Shown here one piece after another: positions 21,420-31,923 of a DNA stretch of 64,000 nucleotides. Origin of the DNA: Spirochaetia bacterium (GTDB lineage: Bacteria; Spirochaetota; Spirochaetia; SP-2023); NCBI GenBank assembly GCA_965225855.1, contig CBDDCK010000005.1, positions 1,408,001-1,472,000 on the forward strand. Direction: 5' to 3'. The stretch's first letter is position 1. Each line of letters begins with the position of its first letter. The notes beneath the pieces are model-generated. The model ran no database searches. It was not told the DNA's origin and saw only the letters and a list, made by a program, of their open reading frames with translations. The translations under genes and the position numbers were made by a program.

Positions 21420-21879
21420 AAGCAATACCTCCAACAAATGGATAAAGATTGACCAACCCATACGGGCTAGTGTGTAAATCCCTATTTTGCTAGGGGGGGT
21501 GTTGCGTCAAGGCCTATACAAGCTTTTTACAAGTTTTTTTGTGCTTTTTTTATGTTTGGGCACTTTTTTTGTGTGTTAGTGTTGTTTTTTAGTGTTGGTT
21601 GGGGGTTCAAAATCCATGCCAATCAAAAGGCTTAAGGGTGTTGGTTGGGCCTTTGTTTGGCCTTTGGGGGGTGGCAAAGTGTAGAATTGAATAAAATACT
21701 TGATTACACCTCAATTACACTATGGGGCAATCTCCAAAAGGTGAAACATTTAATGAAAATGAAAACGCTATATTATTCTTTCAGGGGCGTTCAGAATTTG
21801 GCCAACGATTGCCGATGATTGTTGTATAGGTCCTGGATTATGTGCCGATGTAGAAAATTTCATTAAAGACTAGGGTATT

Positions 21880-22040
21880 AATAGGTGCGAGGTAAATCTA
21901 TTGATAGATTTAGGTCAATTCTATCAATAGGTGGGAGGTAATTCTATTGATAGATTTGGGTCAATTCTATCAATAGGTGCGAGGTAAATCTATTAATAGA
22001 TTTGGGTCAATTCTATTATATAGGTGCGAGGTAATTCTAT
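21880..22040. repeat. 46-bp (2 x 23 bp) tandem array, ~3.5 copies
   Basis: AATAGGTGCGAGGTAAATCTATT GATAGATTTRGGTCAATTCTATC repeated. Confidence 0.9.
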
Positions 22041-22366
22041 GGGTAGAGGGGGCTGGGGTATTTATTTATCGGTATTGTTCTGCTTTAGCCTTAGCTAAAA
22101 TTTCTTTTACCAGCCTATCATTAATAATCGTTTGGCTATGTTTTAGGCTTTTTTATCTGAAGCCCTTTGGCCTTTACCTTTTAAGGAGAATGAGGGCTTA
22201 GAGCTGGGCACTAAAAACTCTCATTATACTGCCGATACTCTGGCTGCAGCGATTTGTCTTTGCCATCAACAAAATCGTTTTACGTTTTGATTATTAAAAC
22301 GAATAAAGCAGAAGCTAATAACTTTGTTCATTGGTTTGCCAAAATTTAAATTATTAGCTCCATTGG

Positions 22367-23728
22367 TTAAGACCAATTAGGCAATTGATATACTGAATTT
22401 TGCTTTTTGTGCTCGGTAAATAATTCATCTACAAGCGCGTAAATTTGAGCTATTGACAATTCTGCAGAAGCGTGTGGGTCCATCATAGCCGCGTGGTAAA
22501 ACCACTGTTTATCTTGCTGCACAAAGGCTTCGGTAAATAACCACTGAACATTAACATTCGTTGCAATAAGCGCAGCCAAATGGGGAGGCAACTTACCAAC
22601 CTTAACCGGATGTATGCCTTGAGAATCTACTAAACAAGGTACCTCAACAGCCGCTCCCGCTAAAATATTGTCAATTAAACCGTTATTCGGCACATTGCCA
22701 TAAATAACCTGTGGCTGACCTGTCTCAATCGCCTGGATAATTTTAGAAGCATATTCTTTACTTGGCTCAATATCTTTGTCGATACCAGCCGTAATATCGG
22801 CCAGTTGCTTTTCCCACCTAGCTAACTGTTCCACACAGCGTTTGGGATATTCATCTAAAGGTATACGAAACTGCTCAATTAGCTTTGGTTGCTGGCTTTT
22901 AATGAAATAAGGCGTATACTCGGCAAAATGCTCGGAACTTTCGCTAACAAAATAACCTAAGTATTTGAACATTTCATAGCGCACCAAATTAGGGCAACGC
23001 GGATTCCAAGAACTTTCCTTGGGAATACGTCCCGCACGATAACCTTCGAGCATATCGGGATACAAATTTTTGTGAGAACCATCGCTTTGAATATGTTCAA
23101 AACGCAGATAAAAAGCCATATGGTTAATTCCCGCAGCAAAATAAGAAAGGCTTTCATACGGCAATTCTAAGTCCCGTGCCAACTCATGGGCCGTACCTTG
23201 AATGGAATGGCACAAACCAACATAACGAATTTGCGGCCGTAAAATACTAATAGCCCAAGAAATCATAGCCATAGGGTTTACATAATTTAACAGCCACGCT
23301 TGGGGGCATACCTGTAAAATCTCATCGCAAATATCCAAAAATACCGGCACCGAGCGCAAAGCACGCATAATGCCGCCAGGCCCCAAAGTGTCGGCAATAG
23401 TTTGGCGTAGGCCATGTTTTTTAGAAACTTCAAAATCAATCACCGTAGCCGGTTGATAACCACCCACCTGAAACATACAAATAACAAAATTGCTACATTC
23501 CAGGGCTTTTTTCCTTTGAGCTTGGCCGCAGAATTTAGTAAACCGAGCTTTAGTCCCCAGCTTAGTATTGATCTTGTGGCAAACCATGATAGAATCGTCT
23601 AACCGCTTTTCGTCAATATCATAAAGAGCAAATTCTAATTCTTGAAATTCCGGAAGAAAAAGAATATCGCCGATGATATTGCGGGCAAATACAGTGCTAC
23701 CAGCACCAATAATAGTAATTTTCAACAT
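22367..23728 (-). CDS. melA: GH4 alpha-galactosidase (NAD+/Mn-dependent)
   Basis: KITIIGAGSTVF, QTIADTLGPGGIMRALR, NYVNPMAM, GLCHS, ESSEHFAEY. Confidence 0.92.
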   Translation of the reverse strand: MLKITIIGAGSTVFARNIIGDILFLPEFQELEFALYDIDEKRLDDSIMVCHKINTKLGTKARFTKFCGQAQRKKALECSNFVICMFQVGGYQPATVIDFEVSKKHGLRQTIADTLGPGGIMRALRSVPVFLDICDEILQVCPQAWLLNYVNPMAMISWAISILRPQIRYVGLCHSIQGTAHELARDLELPYESLSYFAAGINHMAFYLRFEHIQSDGSHKNLYPDMLEGYRAGRIPKESSWNPRCPNLVRYEMFKYLGYFVSESSEHFAEYTPYFIKSQQPKLIEQFRIPLDEYPKRCVEQLARWEKQLADITAGIDKDIEPSKEYASKIIQAIETGQPQVIYGNVPNNGLIDNILAGAAVEVPCLVDSQGIHPVKVGKLPPHLAALIATNVNVQWLFTEAFVQQDKQWFYHAAMMDPHASAELSIAQIYALVDELFTEHKKQNSVYQLPNWS

Positions 23729-23805
23729 AACATGTCCCTTATCAAAACATAAAGATTTTTAATATTTATTCTGAAGCTGCGCCTTATTGGAGGCTATGGG
23801 GACTA

Positions 23806-24618
23806 TCACTTAATCCCTGTCATAGCAATACCCGTTTGAAAAGACTTCTGAAAAAAGAAATAGAACAGCACCAAAGGAACTGTAACTACCGTAGCGCCAG
23901 CCATCATCACGCCATAATTTGCAATGTAGCTAACCCCAGTTTGTAAATACATAATTCCTGCGGTCAAAGTCATCTTTTTAATATCTGTGTTGACAATTAA
24001 AGGCCACATTAAGTCTTTCCAAGCAAAAATCATAGTGAAGATACTCAACGCCACTATAAACGATTTTAATAGAGGTAAATAAACCAACGAATAAACCTGC
24101 CAGCGATTGCAACCATCAATAACCGAAGATTCTTCCAAAGCACTGGGTAAACTCAAAAAAGCCTGCCTCATTAAGAATGTACCAAAAGCGCTAACCAAAC
24201 CTGGAAATACTAAAGCAAACAGCGTATTTAAGGCATTTAAATGGAATAACATACGATATTGTGGATAAATAAATACCGCTGGCGGTATCATAAATTGGAA
24301 GATAACCAACGCAAAGAAAAATTTATTACCCGGAAAAGATATTTTAGCAAAACCATAAGCCGCCATTGTGCTGAATAGAACGGCGCAGACAATACGAAAA
24401 AATACCAATAATATCGTATTCAAATAGAAACTAGCAAATGGCAATAAAGTAAATAGTTCTACATAATTGCGCCACTGCCATATTTTAGGCAACCAAACAG
24501 GAGGGATTGCGATGGCCTCATTGGCATCTTTCAAAGAGCTAAGCACAGTCCACAAAAATGGAAACACAAATACCACACTGCCCAAAAATAACACTAAATA
24601 GACCCATGTCTGCTTCAT
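23806..24618 (-). CDS. Carbohydrate ABC permease (MalG-like)
   Basis: EAA loop LEESSVIDGC; WKDLMWPLI. Confidence 0.92.
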   Translation of the reverse strand: MKQTWVYLVLFLGSVVFVFPFLWTVLSSLKDANEAIAIPPVWLPKIWQWRNYVELFTLLPFASFYLNTILLVFFRIVCAVLFSTMAAYGFAKISFPGNKFFFALVIFQFMIPPAVFIYPQYRMLFHLNALNTLFALVFPGLVSAFGTFLMRQAFLSLPSALEESSVIDGCNRWQVYSLVYLPLLKSFIVALSIFTMIFAWKDLMWPLIVNTDIKKMTLTAGIMYLQTGVSYIANYGVMMAGATVVTVPLVLFYFFFQKSFQTGIAMTGIK

Positions 24619-24645
24619 TGTACTGCGTCCACCCCACCAATAAGC

Positions 24646-25521
24646 TTATTCATAATGTACCCATTTGCGCTGCAAACGAAACTGTATCGCTGTAATCAAT
24701 AAGATGAGCAGCAATAAAATCACAATAACCACCGAGCCAATACCCGGCTTACCGGCGTTAAAAGTATAACGAAAATAAAATTCTAGCACCGGCCGTACCG
24801 AAGCATAGGCGGGATTACGCAAATCCACCATCACTGTTGGCAAGTCAAAAATCTGCAAACCACTGATTAACGAAAGAACTAAAACCATGAAGATAGTCGG
24901 AGAGAGCAACGGCAAGGTAATCATAAAGAATTTACGCAAGGGCCCCGCCCCATCGATCTGGGCGGCTTCATAGTAGGTGGGAGAAATGCTTTGCATGCCT
25001 GCAATAAACAAAATTACATAGTAGCCCACCACAGACCAGATACCCACCAAAGAAACCGTAGTTAAAGCATAGCTAGAATGGGTCAAAAAAGGTATTTCTG
25101 TGCCGAGCAAGCGGTTGATAATACCGTACTTAGCTTGCAATAAAAATATCCAGATCACCCCAAGAGCCACGCCCGGAACTACAACCGGAGTAAAAAATAC
25201 GGTACGGAATAAACCTTCCCCCCGCACCTTGGAATTGAGCAAAGCCGCTATCACTAAAGCAAAAAAAATGGACAACGGTACCGTTATTAGGGTATATATA
25301 ATCGTATTGGACATAGCTTGCCAAAAGGTAGCATCTTCCAGCAAGCTGCGGAAATTATCGAAACCAACAAAAGAAAGTTTATCCCTGCGCAAACCCTTGG
25401 TTCGGAACAAAGTCATGTAAATGGTATGTACAATAGGGTATAAATTCAGTATTGTTATTCCCAACATAGTGGGCCCTATGAATAAATAGCCCCAAAACCA
25501 ATCCCCTTTTAAGCGCAGCAT
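24646..25521 (-). CDS. Carbohydrate ABC permease (MalF-like)
   Basis: YYEAAQIDGA, ITLPLLSP. Confidence 0.92.
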   Translation of the reverse strand: MLRLKGDWFWGYLFIGPTMLGITILNLYPIVHTIYMTLFRTKGLRRDKLSFVGFDNFRSLLEDATFWQAMSNTIIYTLITVPLSIFFALVIAALLNSKVRGEGLFRTVFFTPVVVPGVALGVIWIFLLQAKYGIINRLLGTEIPFLTHSSYALTTVSLVGIWSVVGYYVILFIAGMQSISPTYYEAAQIDGAGPLRKFFMITLPLLSPTIFMVLVLSLISGLQIFDLPTVMVDLRNPAYASVRPVLEFYFRYTFNAGKPGIGSVVIVILLLLILLITAIQFRLQRKWVHYE

Positions 25522-25573
25522 AAGCAACCTGTCCCGCTTTGTGCCAGTCTCTATGTCAACTTGTTTACAGGAA

Positions 25574-26872
25574 TTACTTATTTTGGTCGATAATACGATT
25601 CATCTTTTCGGCCAGCTCCTTCATACCCTGCTCTACCGGGACTTCCCCAGAAAGCAAGCGTCCCATAGTTTCGACTACTAGAGGCCGCCATTCGGCACCG
25701 CCGGGAGCTTGCGGATAGCCCACAGCATAAGGTAGCTGGTCGGGATACACCTTTAGATTAAAGCCACTACCAAAAGAATCTGCCCAAGGGGCCAAAGTTC
25801 CGTTATATGCCGGTATGGCCGCACCGTTTTGCGCTTGCAGACGGTGGCCTTCTTCACTAGCCAAAACTTTCTCAAACGCCCAAGCAGCTTGCGGATTTTT
25901 GCTTTCTGCCGAAATAGCATAACCCAAACCGTTATATAGAGTTGCCCGACCTTTAGGCCCTTGCGGCAATACCGCCAAATCAAAATTAGCCTTAGCGTAT
26001 TCGTTGCCATTTATGGCACTAACATTCCAAGAGCCCATCTGACGCATGGCTATCTTGCCGGCAAAAAACTGTTGATCTTCCGCCTCGGCAATGGGTGGCG
26101 CGATACCCTCCTGCAAAATAAAATCGACATAACGCTGTACGGCCTCTATCGTTTCGGGCAGATCAAAACCACTAGTTCCGTCCGGCTGTACCACTGCACC
26201 ACCGTTTTGATAGATAAAATTCCACCAACCTTCTTGCTCGTTATTATTGGCTAGAAAACCATAAACCCCGTTGGCCGGGTCGGTCAATTGTTGGCCTGCG
26301 GCCACCAGATCGTCCCAAGTCCAGCTTTCATCGGGATAGGCTACGCCCGCTTGATCAAACAGGCTCTTATTGTACCACAAGCCGATGGTGTCAAAGTCTT
26401 TAGGAATTGCGTACTGTCGGCCTTCATATCGGTAGAGCTGGACTAAATCCTGCGGATAATTGGCCAAAGATAGTTCTGGGTCTGTCTCGATACGATCGGT
26501 TAAATCCATCAATGCATCACTGGAGGCAAACAGCTCAAACTGGATGACATGCATCCAAAAAAGGTCGGGTAAATTACCCGAGCTAGCCGCGGTGCGCATT
26601 TTTTGCCAGTATTCATTCCAAGGGGTTACTTGTAGCTCTATCTTAGCTTTGGGATAAGCCTGCTCAAACAGCTGAATATTGGCTTGCATACCCGGGGATT
26701 GATTGGAATCCCAGGTAGCAAAAGCCAGCGTGCCACTAATCGGCTGGTTGCCGGTTGGGTCTTGCTGGGTATCGGCACTCTTTTTAGCGCAACTGAACAT
26801 GAAAAGTAACATTAAAATATTCAATGCGATAAAGAGGCTAGACCCCCAAAATTTTGTAAAAGATAGTTTCAT
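25574..26872 (-). CDS. Sugar ABC substrate-binding lipoprotein
   Basis: Lipobox MFSC; PDLF, YAIPKDFDT.GLWYNK.LFD.AGV. Confidence 0.92.
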   Translation of the reverse strand: MKLSFTKFWGSSLFIALNILMLLFMFSCAKKSADTQQDPTGNQPISGTLAFATWDSNQSPGMQANIQLFEQAYPKAKIELQVTPWNEYWQKMRTAASSGNLPDLFWMHVIQFELFASSDALMDLTDRIETDPELSLANYPQDLVQLYRYEGRQYAIPKDFDTIGLWYNKSLFDQAGVAYPDESWTWDDLVAAGQQLTDPANGVYGFLANNNEQEGWWNFIYQNGGAVVQPDGTSGFDLPETIEAVQRYVDFILQEGIAPPIAEAEDQQFFAGKIAMRQMGSWNVSAINGNEYAKANFDLAVLPQGPKGRATLYNGLGYAISAESKNPQAAWAFEKVLASEEGHRLQAQNGAAIPAYNGTLAPWADSFGSGFNLKVYPDQLPYAVGYPQAPGGAEWRPLVVETMGRLLSGEVPVEQGMKELAEKMNRIIDQNK

Positions 26873-27120
26873 TCAATCTCTCCTCTTTTATTTATTATTT
26901 ATGAAAATTTTTTGAATCAATAAATTCATATTGTTCAAGTATCATAATTTCATTTATAACATAGAACAATATGAAAAATCTATAATATATAGCATAATTA
27001 TGCTATATTCATTGAATAATTTTTGATAAATATTTAAAGTTAGATAATTTCTATATAATGATATATATAAGTTTACTCTATTGATAATTTCAATGGGTAA
27101 TTTCATATGAATAGTAATAT

Positions 27121-27320
27121 TATGAAAGGCAATTTTCAAAGATTGCCTTTCACCAATTTCTGGAAGAGGTTCGGCTTGTTCAGGCTCAAAATTTATTACA
27201 ATATTTCTGCGCAGAACATAAAAATATAGCAGCAATGGTAGGCTTTAGCGATCATAACTACTTTATCCGAGTTCTTCATCGTCATTCGGTATTACTCCGA
27301 GCAAATTCCGCAAGCTGTAG
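27121..27320 (+). pseudogene. AraC-family regulator remnant (C-terminal HTH only)
   Basis: FHQFLEEVRLVQAQNLL...NIAAMVGFSDHNYFIRV / frameshift / SFGITPSKFRKL*. Confidence 0.75.
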
Positions 27321-27404
27321 AATCTGATACAGGATAGCCATATTTTATGGCTTTGGACAAATACTAGATATAAAATTACTATCTAAATCTTGTCTGGATT
27401 TGGT

Positions 27405-28640
27405 TTAGGGTTTTTGCCCTTCATGAAAATATTGTAGTAGCTTTGTATCTAAACTGGGGATAGATACAGGTATACAACCATTTCTAATAGACTGTGTTCC
27501 TGCAGTACCTGCAGCTACGGCCATTCGTCCTGCGATAGGCGATGTATTGGGGCTAGCCTCATTTCTAATAAAGCGAATAAAAGCGCGCATAATCTCCGGG
27601 TCTGCTCCCCCATGATTGTTTTGTTCTCCACGTACTTTGTATATAATATTAGGGTTTCGGTATTCACACATTTGGGTGTATACATGTATCTCGCAATCTC
27701 CGACATCACCTATATTTTCTAACTTACCTTTGGTCCCTAAAAATGTATAATTGCGCTCGCATGTGGGGGTATACATACAGTGCATGTAACTGGCCTGTAC
27801 CCCATTTTTTAACTGCATAAAGAGCATATTGTGATCTTCTACATCAATGATTGGGGAGAACTGTTGGTCTGTTTCGGGAGGGTAAGCCACGCCATCCCAG
27901 CCACAAGATTGAAAAGGAATGTAGCGCATGGGCCCGTTTGCATCGGAGTTTGGGCCTTCCGTATTGTTTTTATTTTGATGTTTGTCCCTTCTATTCGTTT
28001 GGTTATAGACCGACAATTTCCCCATCCCTACTACTTTTTGGCTGTAGGAGCCACATAGCCAATGGATTACATCAATATCATGGGCACCTTTTTGTAGTAG
28101 TAAACTATTAGAATAGCGTTGCTGACTGTGCCAATCCTTAAAATAGGCCTCCCCGCCGTAACTAACAAAATGTCGGCACCATACCGCTTGTATGTCACCA
28201 ATAGCCCCGTTATCTATAATTTCTTTCATTTTTAAGACTGTGGGAAAATAACGCATATTGTGGCCTAAGAAGAGTTTTGACTTTGTACGGTACGCAGTTT
28301 CTAACAATAAGTCGCAGTCTTCTAGTGAGGTGGCCATAGGCTTTTCCAAATATACGTGTTTACCGGCTTCTAATGCCGCTTTTGCATGTTCAAAATGTAA
28401 GTAATCTGGCGTGGCGATAAATACTGCATCTAGCTTTTGGTCTGCAAGTAACTTACGGTAGTCTGTGTAAGTCTGAATCTTTTGACCTAGCTTTGCATAG
28501 TGTTCTGCGCATTGCAGGAGGCTATCTTCATAAATATCTACTGCAGAAATAATCTTGACATTTGGTTCTTGTAGAGCGTGCTCGAGCATTTTCCCACGAA
28601 GACCCCAGGCCCCGATTAGCCCTAAGTTTATACTTTTCAT
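27405..28640 (-). CDS. Gfo/Idh/MocA oxidoreductase
   Basis: IATPDYLH, YLEKPMA, LLQKGAHDID. Confidence 0.9.
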   Translation of the reverse strand: MKSINLGLIGAWGLRGKMLEHALQEPNVKIISAVDIYEDSLLQCAEHYAKLGQKIQTYTDYRKLLADQKLDAVFIATPDYLHFEHAKAALEAGKHVYLEKPMATSLEDCDLLLETAYRTKSKLFLGHNMRYFPTVLKMKEIIDNGAIGDIQAVWCRHFVSYGGEAYFKDWHSQQRYSNSLLLQKGAHDIDVIHWLCGSYSQKVVGMGKLSVYNQTNRRDKHQNKNNTEGPNSDANGPMRYIPFQSCGWDGVAYPPETDQQFSPIIDVEDHNMLFMQLKNGVQASYMHCMYTPTCERNYTFLGTKGKLENIGDVGDCEIHVYTQMCEYRNPNIIYKVRGEQNNHGGADPEIMRAFIRFIRNEASPNTSPIAGRMAVAAGTAGTQSIRNGCIPVSIPSLDTKLLQYFHEGQKP

Positions 28641-28668
28641 AGTACCCCCATCGTTAGAGTTTGTTTAA

Positions 28669-29481
28669 TTATTTAATGCCGGAGCTACTGAGTGAGGTAA
28701 TATAATATTTATGGCTATATAAGTATATAACAATAATAGGAATTACACTCATAACAGCAGCAGCAAACATTAAGGGAATATTGATCTCATATTGCCCTTG
28801 AAAAAAATTAAGCCCTACAGCAAGAGTATACATACTTTCATCAGTAGTCATAATTAACGCCCAAAGAAACATATTCCAACCAAAAATCAATGCCAATATT
28901 CCAAAAGCCAATATTGCGTTGTAAGTTTGTGGTAAACAAACTTTATAAAATATTTGCAAGGGATTGGCACCATCTATTTTAGCCGCCTCGTCTAAAGACA
29001 CAGGGATACTCATATATTGCTGGCGTAAAAAAAAGGTTCCAAATGCAGAAAATAGGTTGGGTACAATCAAGGCAAAATAAGTATTCAGCCAGCCAAGATG
29101 ATTGATAATTAAATAATTGGGGATCAGTGTTACTTGTTGAGGAATCATTAATATCGCTAGAACAAAAACAAAGAGTGCTTTCTTGAAAGGGAAATCTAGG
29201 CGAGCAAAAGCATAAGCGGCAAGGGAAGAAAATAAGAGCTGCCCAATTGCAATTGAAGTAGCGACAAAAGCAGTATTAAAATACATTCTTAAAAAATTAA
29301 TCGCAGGGAATACGGCAAGATAGTTATTCCATTGGAAGCTTTTGGGTAATAGTGTAAATTCTAGCTGTACTGACTCTGTTGATGTCTTCAAAGACGTTGT
29401 GAGCATAATGATAAAAGGAAAGAAAAAAAGCAGAGCCAGCCCAAATATCAATGTAATTTTTACTGGTCGTAATGAACCCAT
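28669..29481 (-). CDS. Carbohydrate ABC permease (MalG-like)
   Basis: LDEAAKIDGA; start approximate. Confidence 0.88.
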   Translation of the reverse strand: MGSLRPVKITLIFGLALLFFFPFIIMLTTSLKTSTESVQLEFTLLPKSFQWNNYLAVFPAINFLRMYFNTAFVATSIAIGQLLFSSLAAYAFARLDFPFKKALFVFVLAILMIPQQVTLIPNYLIINHLGWLNTYFALIVPNLFSAFGTFFLRQQYMSIPVSLDEAAKIDGANPLQIFYKVCLPQTYNAILAFGILALIFGWNMFLWALIMTTDESMYTLAVGLNFFQGQYEINIPLMFAAAVMSVIPIIVIYLYSHKYYITSLSSSGIK

Positions 29482-30461
29482 TTTTTTTGACCTTTTGATT
29501 GGATGAGAGTAACCAACATTATGATAAAAAATAAGAGCCATGACATGGCGGAAGCAAAACCAATCTTCAATTTTCCTATTTCATTATAAATGCTGAACAT
29601 TATAGTTCTGGTTGAGTCGACAGGACCCCCTCCTGTAATAATTACGATCGGGTCAAATATCTGGAAGATGCCAATAGTAGAGGTAATTACAAGGAAAAAA
29701 ATCGTTGGCGATATTAATGGAATTGTAATATATTTTGCTCGCTGTAGAGTATTTGCCCCTTCTAGTAAACTCGCTTCATAATACATAGAAGGAATATTTT
29801 TGATTGCAGTCGTTAGTAGTAAAATATAATACCCTGAACCTTGCCAGATAATAAACAGAGTCAACATAATAAATGCGGCAGTGGGGGAAGTGAACCAGCT
29901 AATGGTAGGTATTCCCAATGTTGTAAGAGAAGTATTGATGATACCAAAATTGGGATTGAAAATATATCTCCAAGTGAGGGCTAAAGCTACGGGTAGAGTA
30001 ATGTTTGGAATAAAAAATATTATTTTTAATAATGACTCAATAGCAGGTCTTTTCTGATCTGATATTAAAATTGCAATTATAATCGAAAATAATATTAGAA
30101 ACGGTACAGAAAATAAAACAAATCTTATAGTGTTCCAAAAACTTTTTAATGCGATCTTATCAGACAAAATCCTTTGATAGTTTTCTAAAAATATAAATTT
30201 CCCTGAACCAATGATTGGATTAAAGTCTGTAAAACTAATAACAAATGAATAGAACATACCACCATAAAAAAATAGCAAAATACCTAAAAATAAGGGCGCA
30301 ATCATCAGATAGGCCCATAGATACTCTCTACGCTTTTGTGAATATAAAGAAGATATTTTCTGTTTTTGTGATTTCAATCTACGACCTGGTGAATAATGAC
30401 AATCTGTAACTGACATTTGCTTTCTAACAATATTTTCTGTTCGTTCTATCGTAAGAGACAC
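29460..30461 (-). CDS. Carbohydrate ABC permease (MalF-like)
   Basis: YYEASLLEGA, ITIPLISP, GGGP..ST; start approximate. Confidence 0.88.
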   Translation of the reverse strand: MSLTIERTENIVRKQMSVTDCHYSPGRRLKSQKQKISSLYSQKRREYLWAYLMIAPLFLGILLFFYGGMFYSFVISFTDFNPIIGSGKFIFLENYQRILSDKIALKSFWNTIRFVLFSVPFLILFSIIIAILISDQKRPAIESLLKIIFFIPNITLPVALALTWRYIFNPNFGIINTSLTTLGIPTISWFTSPTAAFIMLTLFIIWQGSGYYILLLTTAIKNIPSMYYEASLLEGANTLQRAKYITIPLISPTIFFLVITSTIGIFQIFDPIVIITGGGPVDSTRTIMFSIYNEIGKLKIGFASAMSWLLFFIIMLVTLIQSKGQKKWVHYDQ

Positions 30462-30471
30462 TATGGACGAA

Positions 30472-30513
30472 TCATTTTCCCTTTTCTTAAATTATCCAGA
30501 AAAGGGAAAATGA
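30472..30513 (-). terminator. Intercistronic stem-loop after the SBP gene
   Basis: TCATTTTCCCTTTTCT / AGAAAAGGGAAAATGA. Confidence 0.6.
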
Positions 30514-30536
30514 ATGTACAACAATAAGGCATCTTC

Positions 30537-31805
30537 TTATTGCTGTTCTATAATTTGGTTTGCTTCGCTCACAGCCTGAGCCATACCATCATCAAATGGA
30601 AGGTTTCCGTTGAAAATATCATTGATAATTTCTGTTGCACGGTTATCCCAATCTAAGCCACCTGTTTTGGATACAGGGTATGGTCTAGCTTTACTTGCAT
30701 CGGAAAGTACTTTGGCATCTTCAGGGTTTTGGAAGTTCTTTACCCATTCGTCAAGCGCAGGTCGATAGGCTGGCATCACAGAGTTGGCATTTGCAATAAT
30801 GCTTTGGGCTTCCGGTGAGGTCATATATATTGCAAACTTCTTTGCTGCTTCCAGATTGGCACTTTTAGAATAAGCCACATGCCCTAGACCGTGAAGAACA
30901 GTACTTCGTTCTTTCCCCTTACTAGCTGCTGGCAAGGGTGCCACCCCTAAATTAGAGCCTAACTCCTTGGAGAAGGAGTTATAGCCCCAAGACCCATAAT
31001 TAAACATTGCAAAGTTTCCATTGGCCAACATTGTCCGCAAAGCTGTTATACCACCGCTTGCTTTTATCACAGAAGGGGTAGGGCTTAGGCCATCTTCAAC
31101 CATGCTGTGTAACTTCTGCCACACTTCAAGGGAAGTGGGTTCCAAGTAGGCTAATTTCATTCCTCCATAGCTAAAAACTTCCCCGCCGTTGGAGAAAATC
31201 CAACCCCAAAGGGTTTGGGAGTCGGTATTAGCATACATTCCCCACTGATTTTCTCCTGTCGTTAGTTGTTCTGCAGCAGAGCGAACTTCTTCCAGGCTCC
31301 AGTCTTCGTTTGGGAAATCTAAGCCTGTATCAATAAACCTCTGTTTGTTATAGTAGAAAACTACAGTATCAAAGAACCATGGCAGTGTATAAGGCTCCCC
31401 ATTGATTTGGTACATATCAACTAAAGCTTTAGGGAAGTCCGTAAAGTCAACCCCTGCACTTTTGTAATCATCGAAGAGGTTTGTTACAACACCATACTTC
31501 TCGTAAGTGGGAAAGTATGGTGCATTGATCCAAAACACATCCCAAGCTTGGCCTCCAGATAAAGCTGTCTGTAATTTTGGCCAGTAACTTGCCCAAGGCA
31601 CTACTTGCATATCAACTGTAATCCCAGGGTTAGAACTCTCAAAAGAACCAATGATCGGTTCTAAAAAAGGTTTGAATGTGTCATCCCATATTCCATACGT
31701 AATGGTTACCGGCTCTTCTGCCTTAGTGGCATCTTTCGGTCTTGACTTTTGGCAGGAGAGTAATAACACCGCCACTGCTATAATACTAATAAATACATTC
31801 TTCAT
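30537..31805 (-). CDS. Sugar ABC substrate-binding lipoprotein
   Basis: Lipobox LLSC; DVFW, LPW..D....YYNK. Confidence 0.9.
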   Translation of the reverse strand: MKNVFISIIAVAVLLLSCQKSRPKDATKAEEPVTITYGIWDDTFKPFLEPIIGSFESSNPGITVDMQVVPWASYWPKLQTALSGGQAWDVFWINAPYFPTYEKYGVVTNLFDDYKSAGVDFTDFPKALVDMYQINGEPYTLPWFFDTVVFYYNKQRFIDTGLDFPNEDWSLEEVRSAAEQLTTGENQWGMYANTDSQTLWGWIFSNGGEVFSYGGMKLAYLEPTSLEVWQKLHSMVEDGLSPTPSVIKASGGITALRTMLANGNFAMFNYGSWGYNSFSKELGSNLGVAPLPAASKGKERSTVLHGLGHVAYSKSANLEAAKKFAIYMTSPEAQSIIANANSVMPAYRPALDEWVKNFQNPEDAKVLSDASKARPYPVSKTGGLDWDNRATEIINDIFNGNLPFDDGMAQAVSEANQIIEQQ

Positions 31806-31923
31806 TAATGAGACTCCTTAATACAAACTGAATCCGTATATTTGCATATAGATTCTATTTAAAGTTAGTAAGTTATAATTAAAAAGAGACTAGTTGTCTA
31901 GCTATTTTTTAGTTATAGATTTT

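Noticed and set aside
21750..21873. Carbamoyltransferase-like remnant (FFQGRSEFGQR)
   Set aside because: Single short motif, insufficient support
21880..22040. Mini-CRISPR
   Set aside because: The intervening sequences are themselves repeated
26954..27235. 93-aa minus-strand ORF
   Set aside because: AT-rich intergenic DNA overlapping the AraC remnant on the other strand
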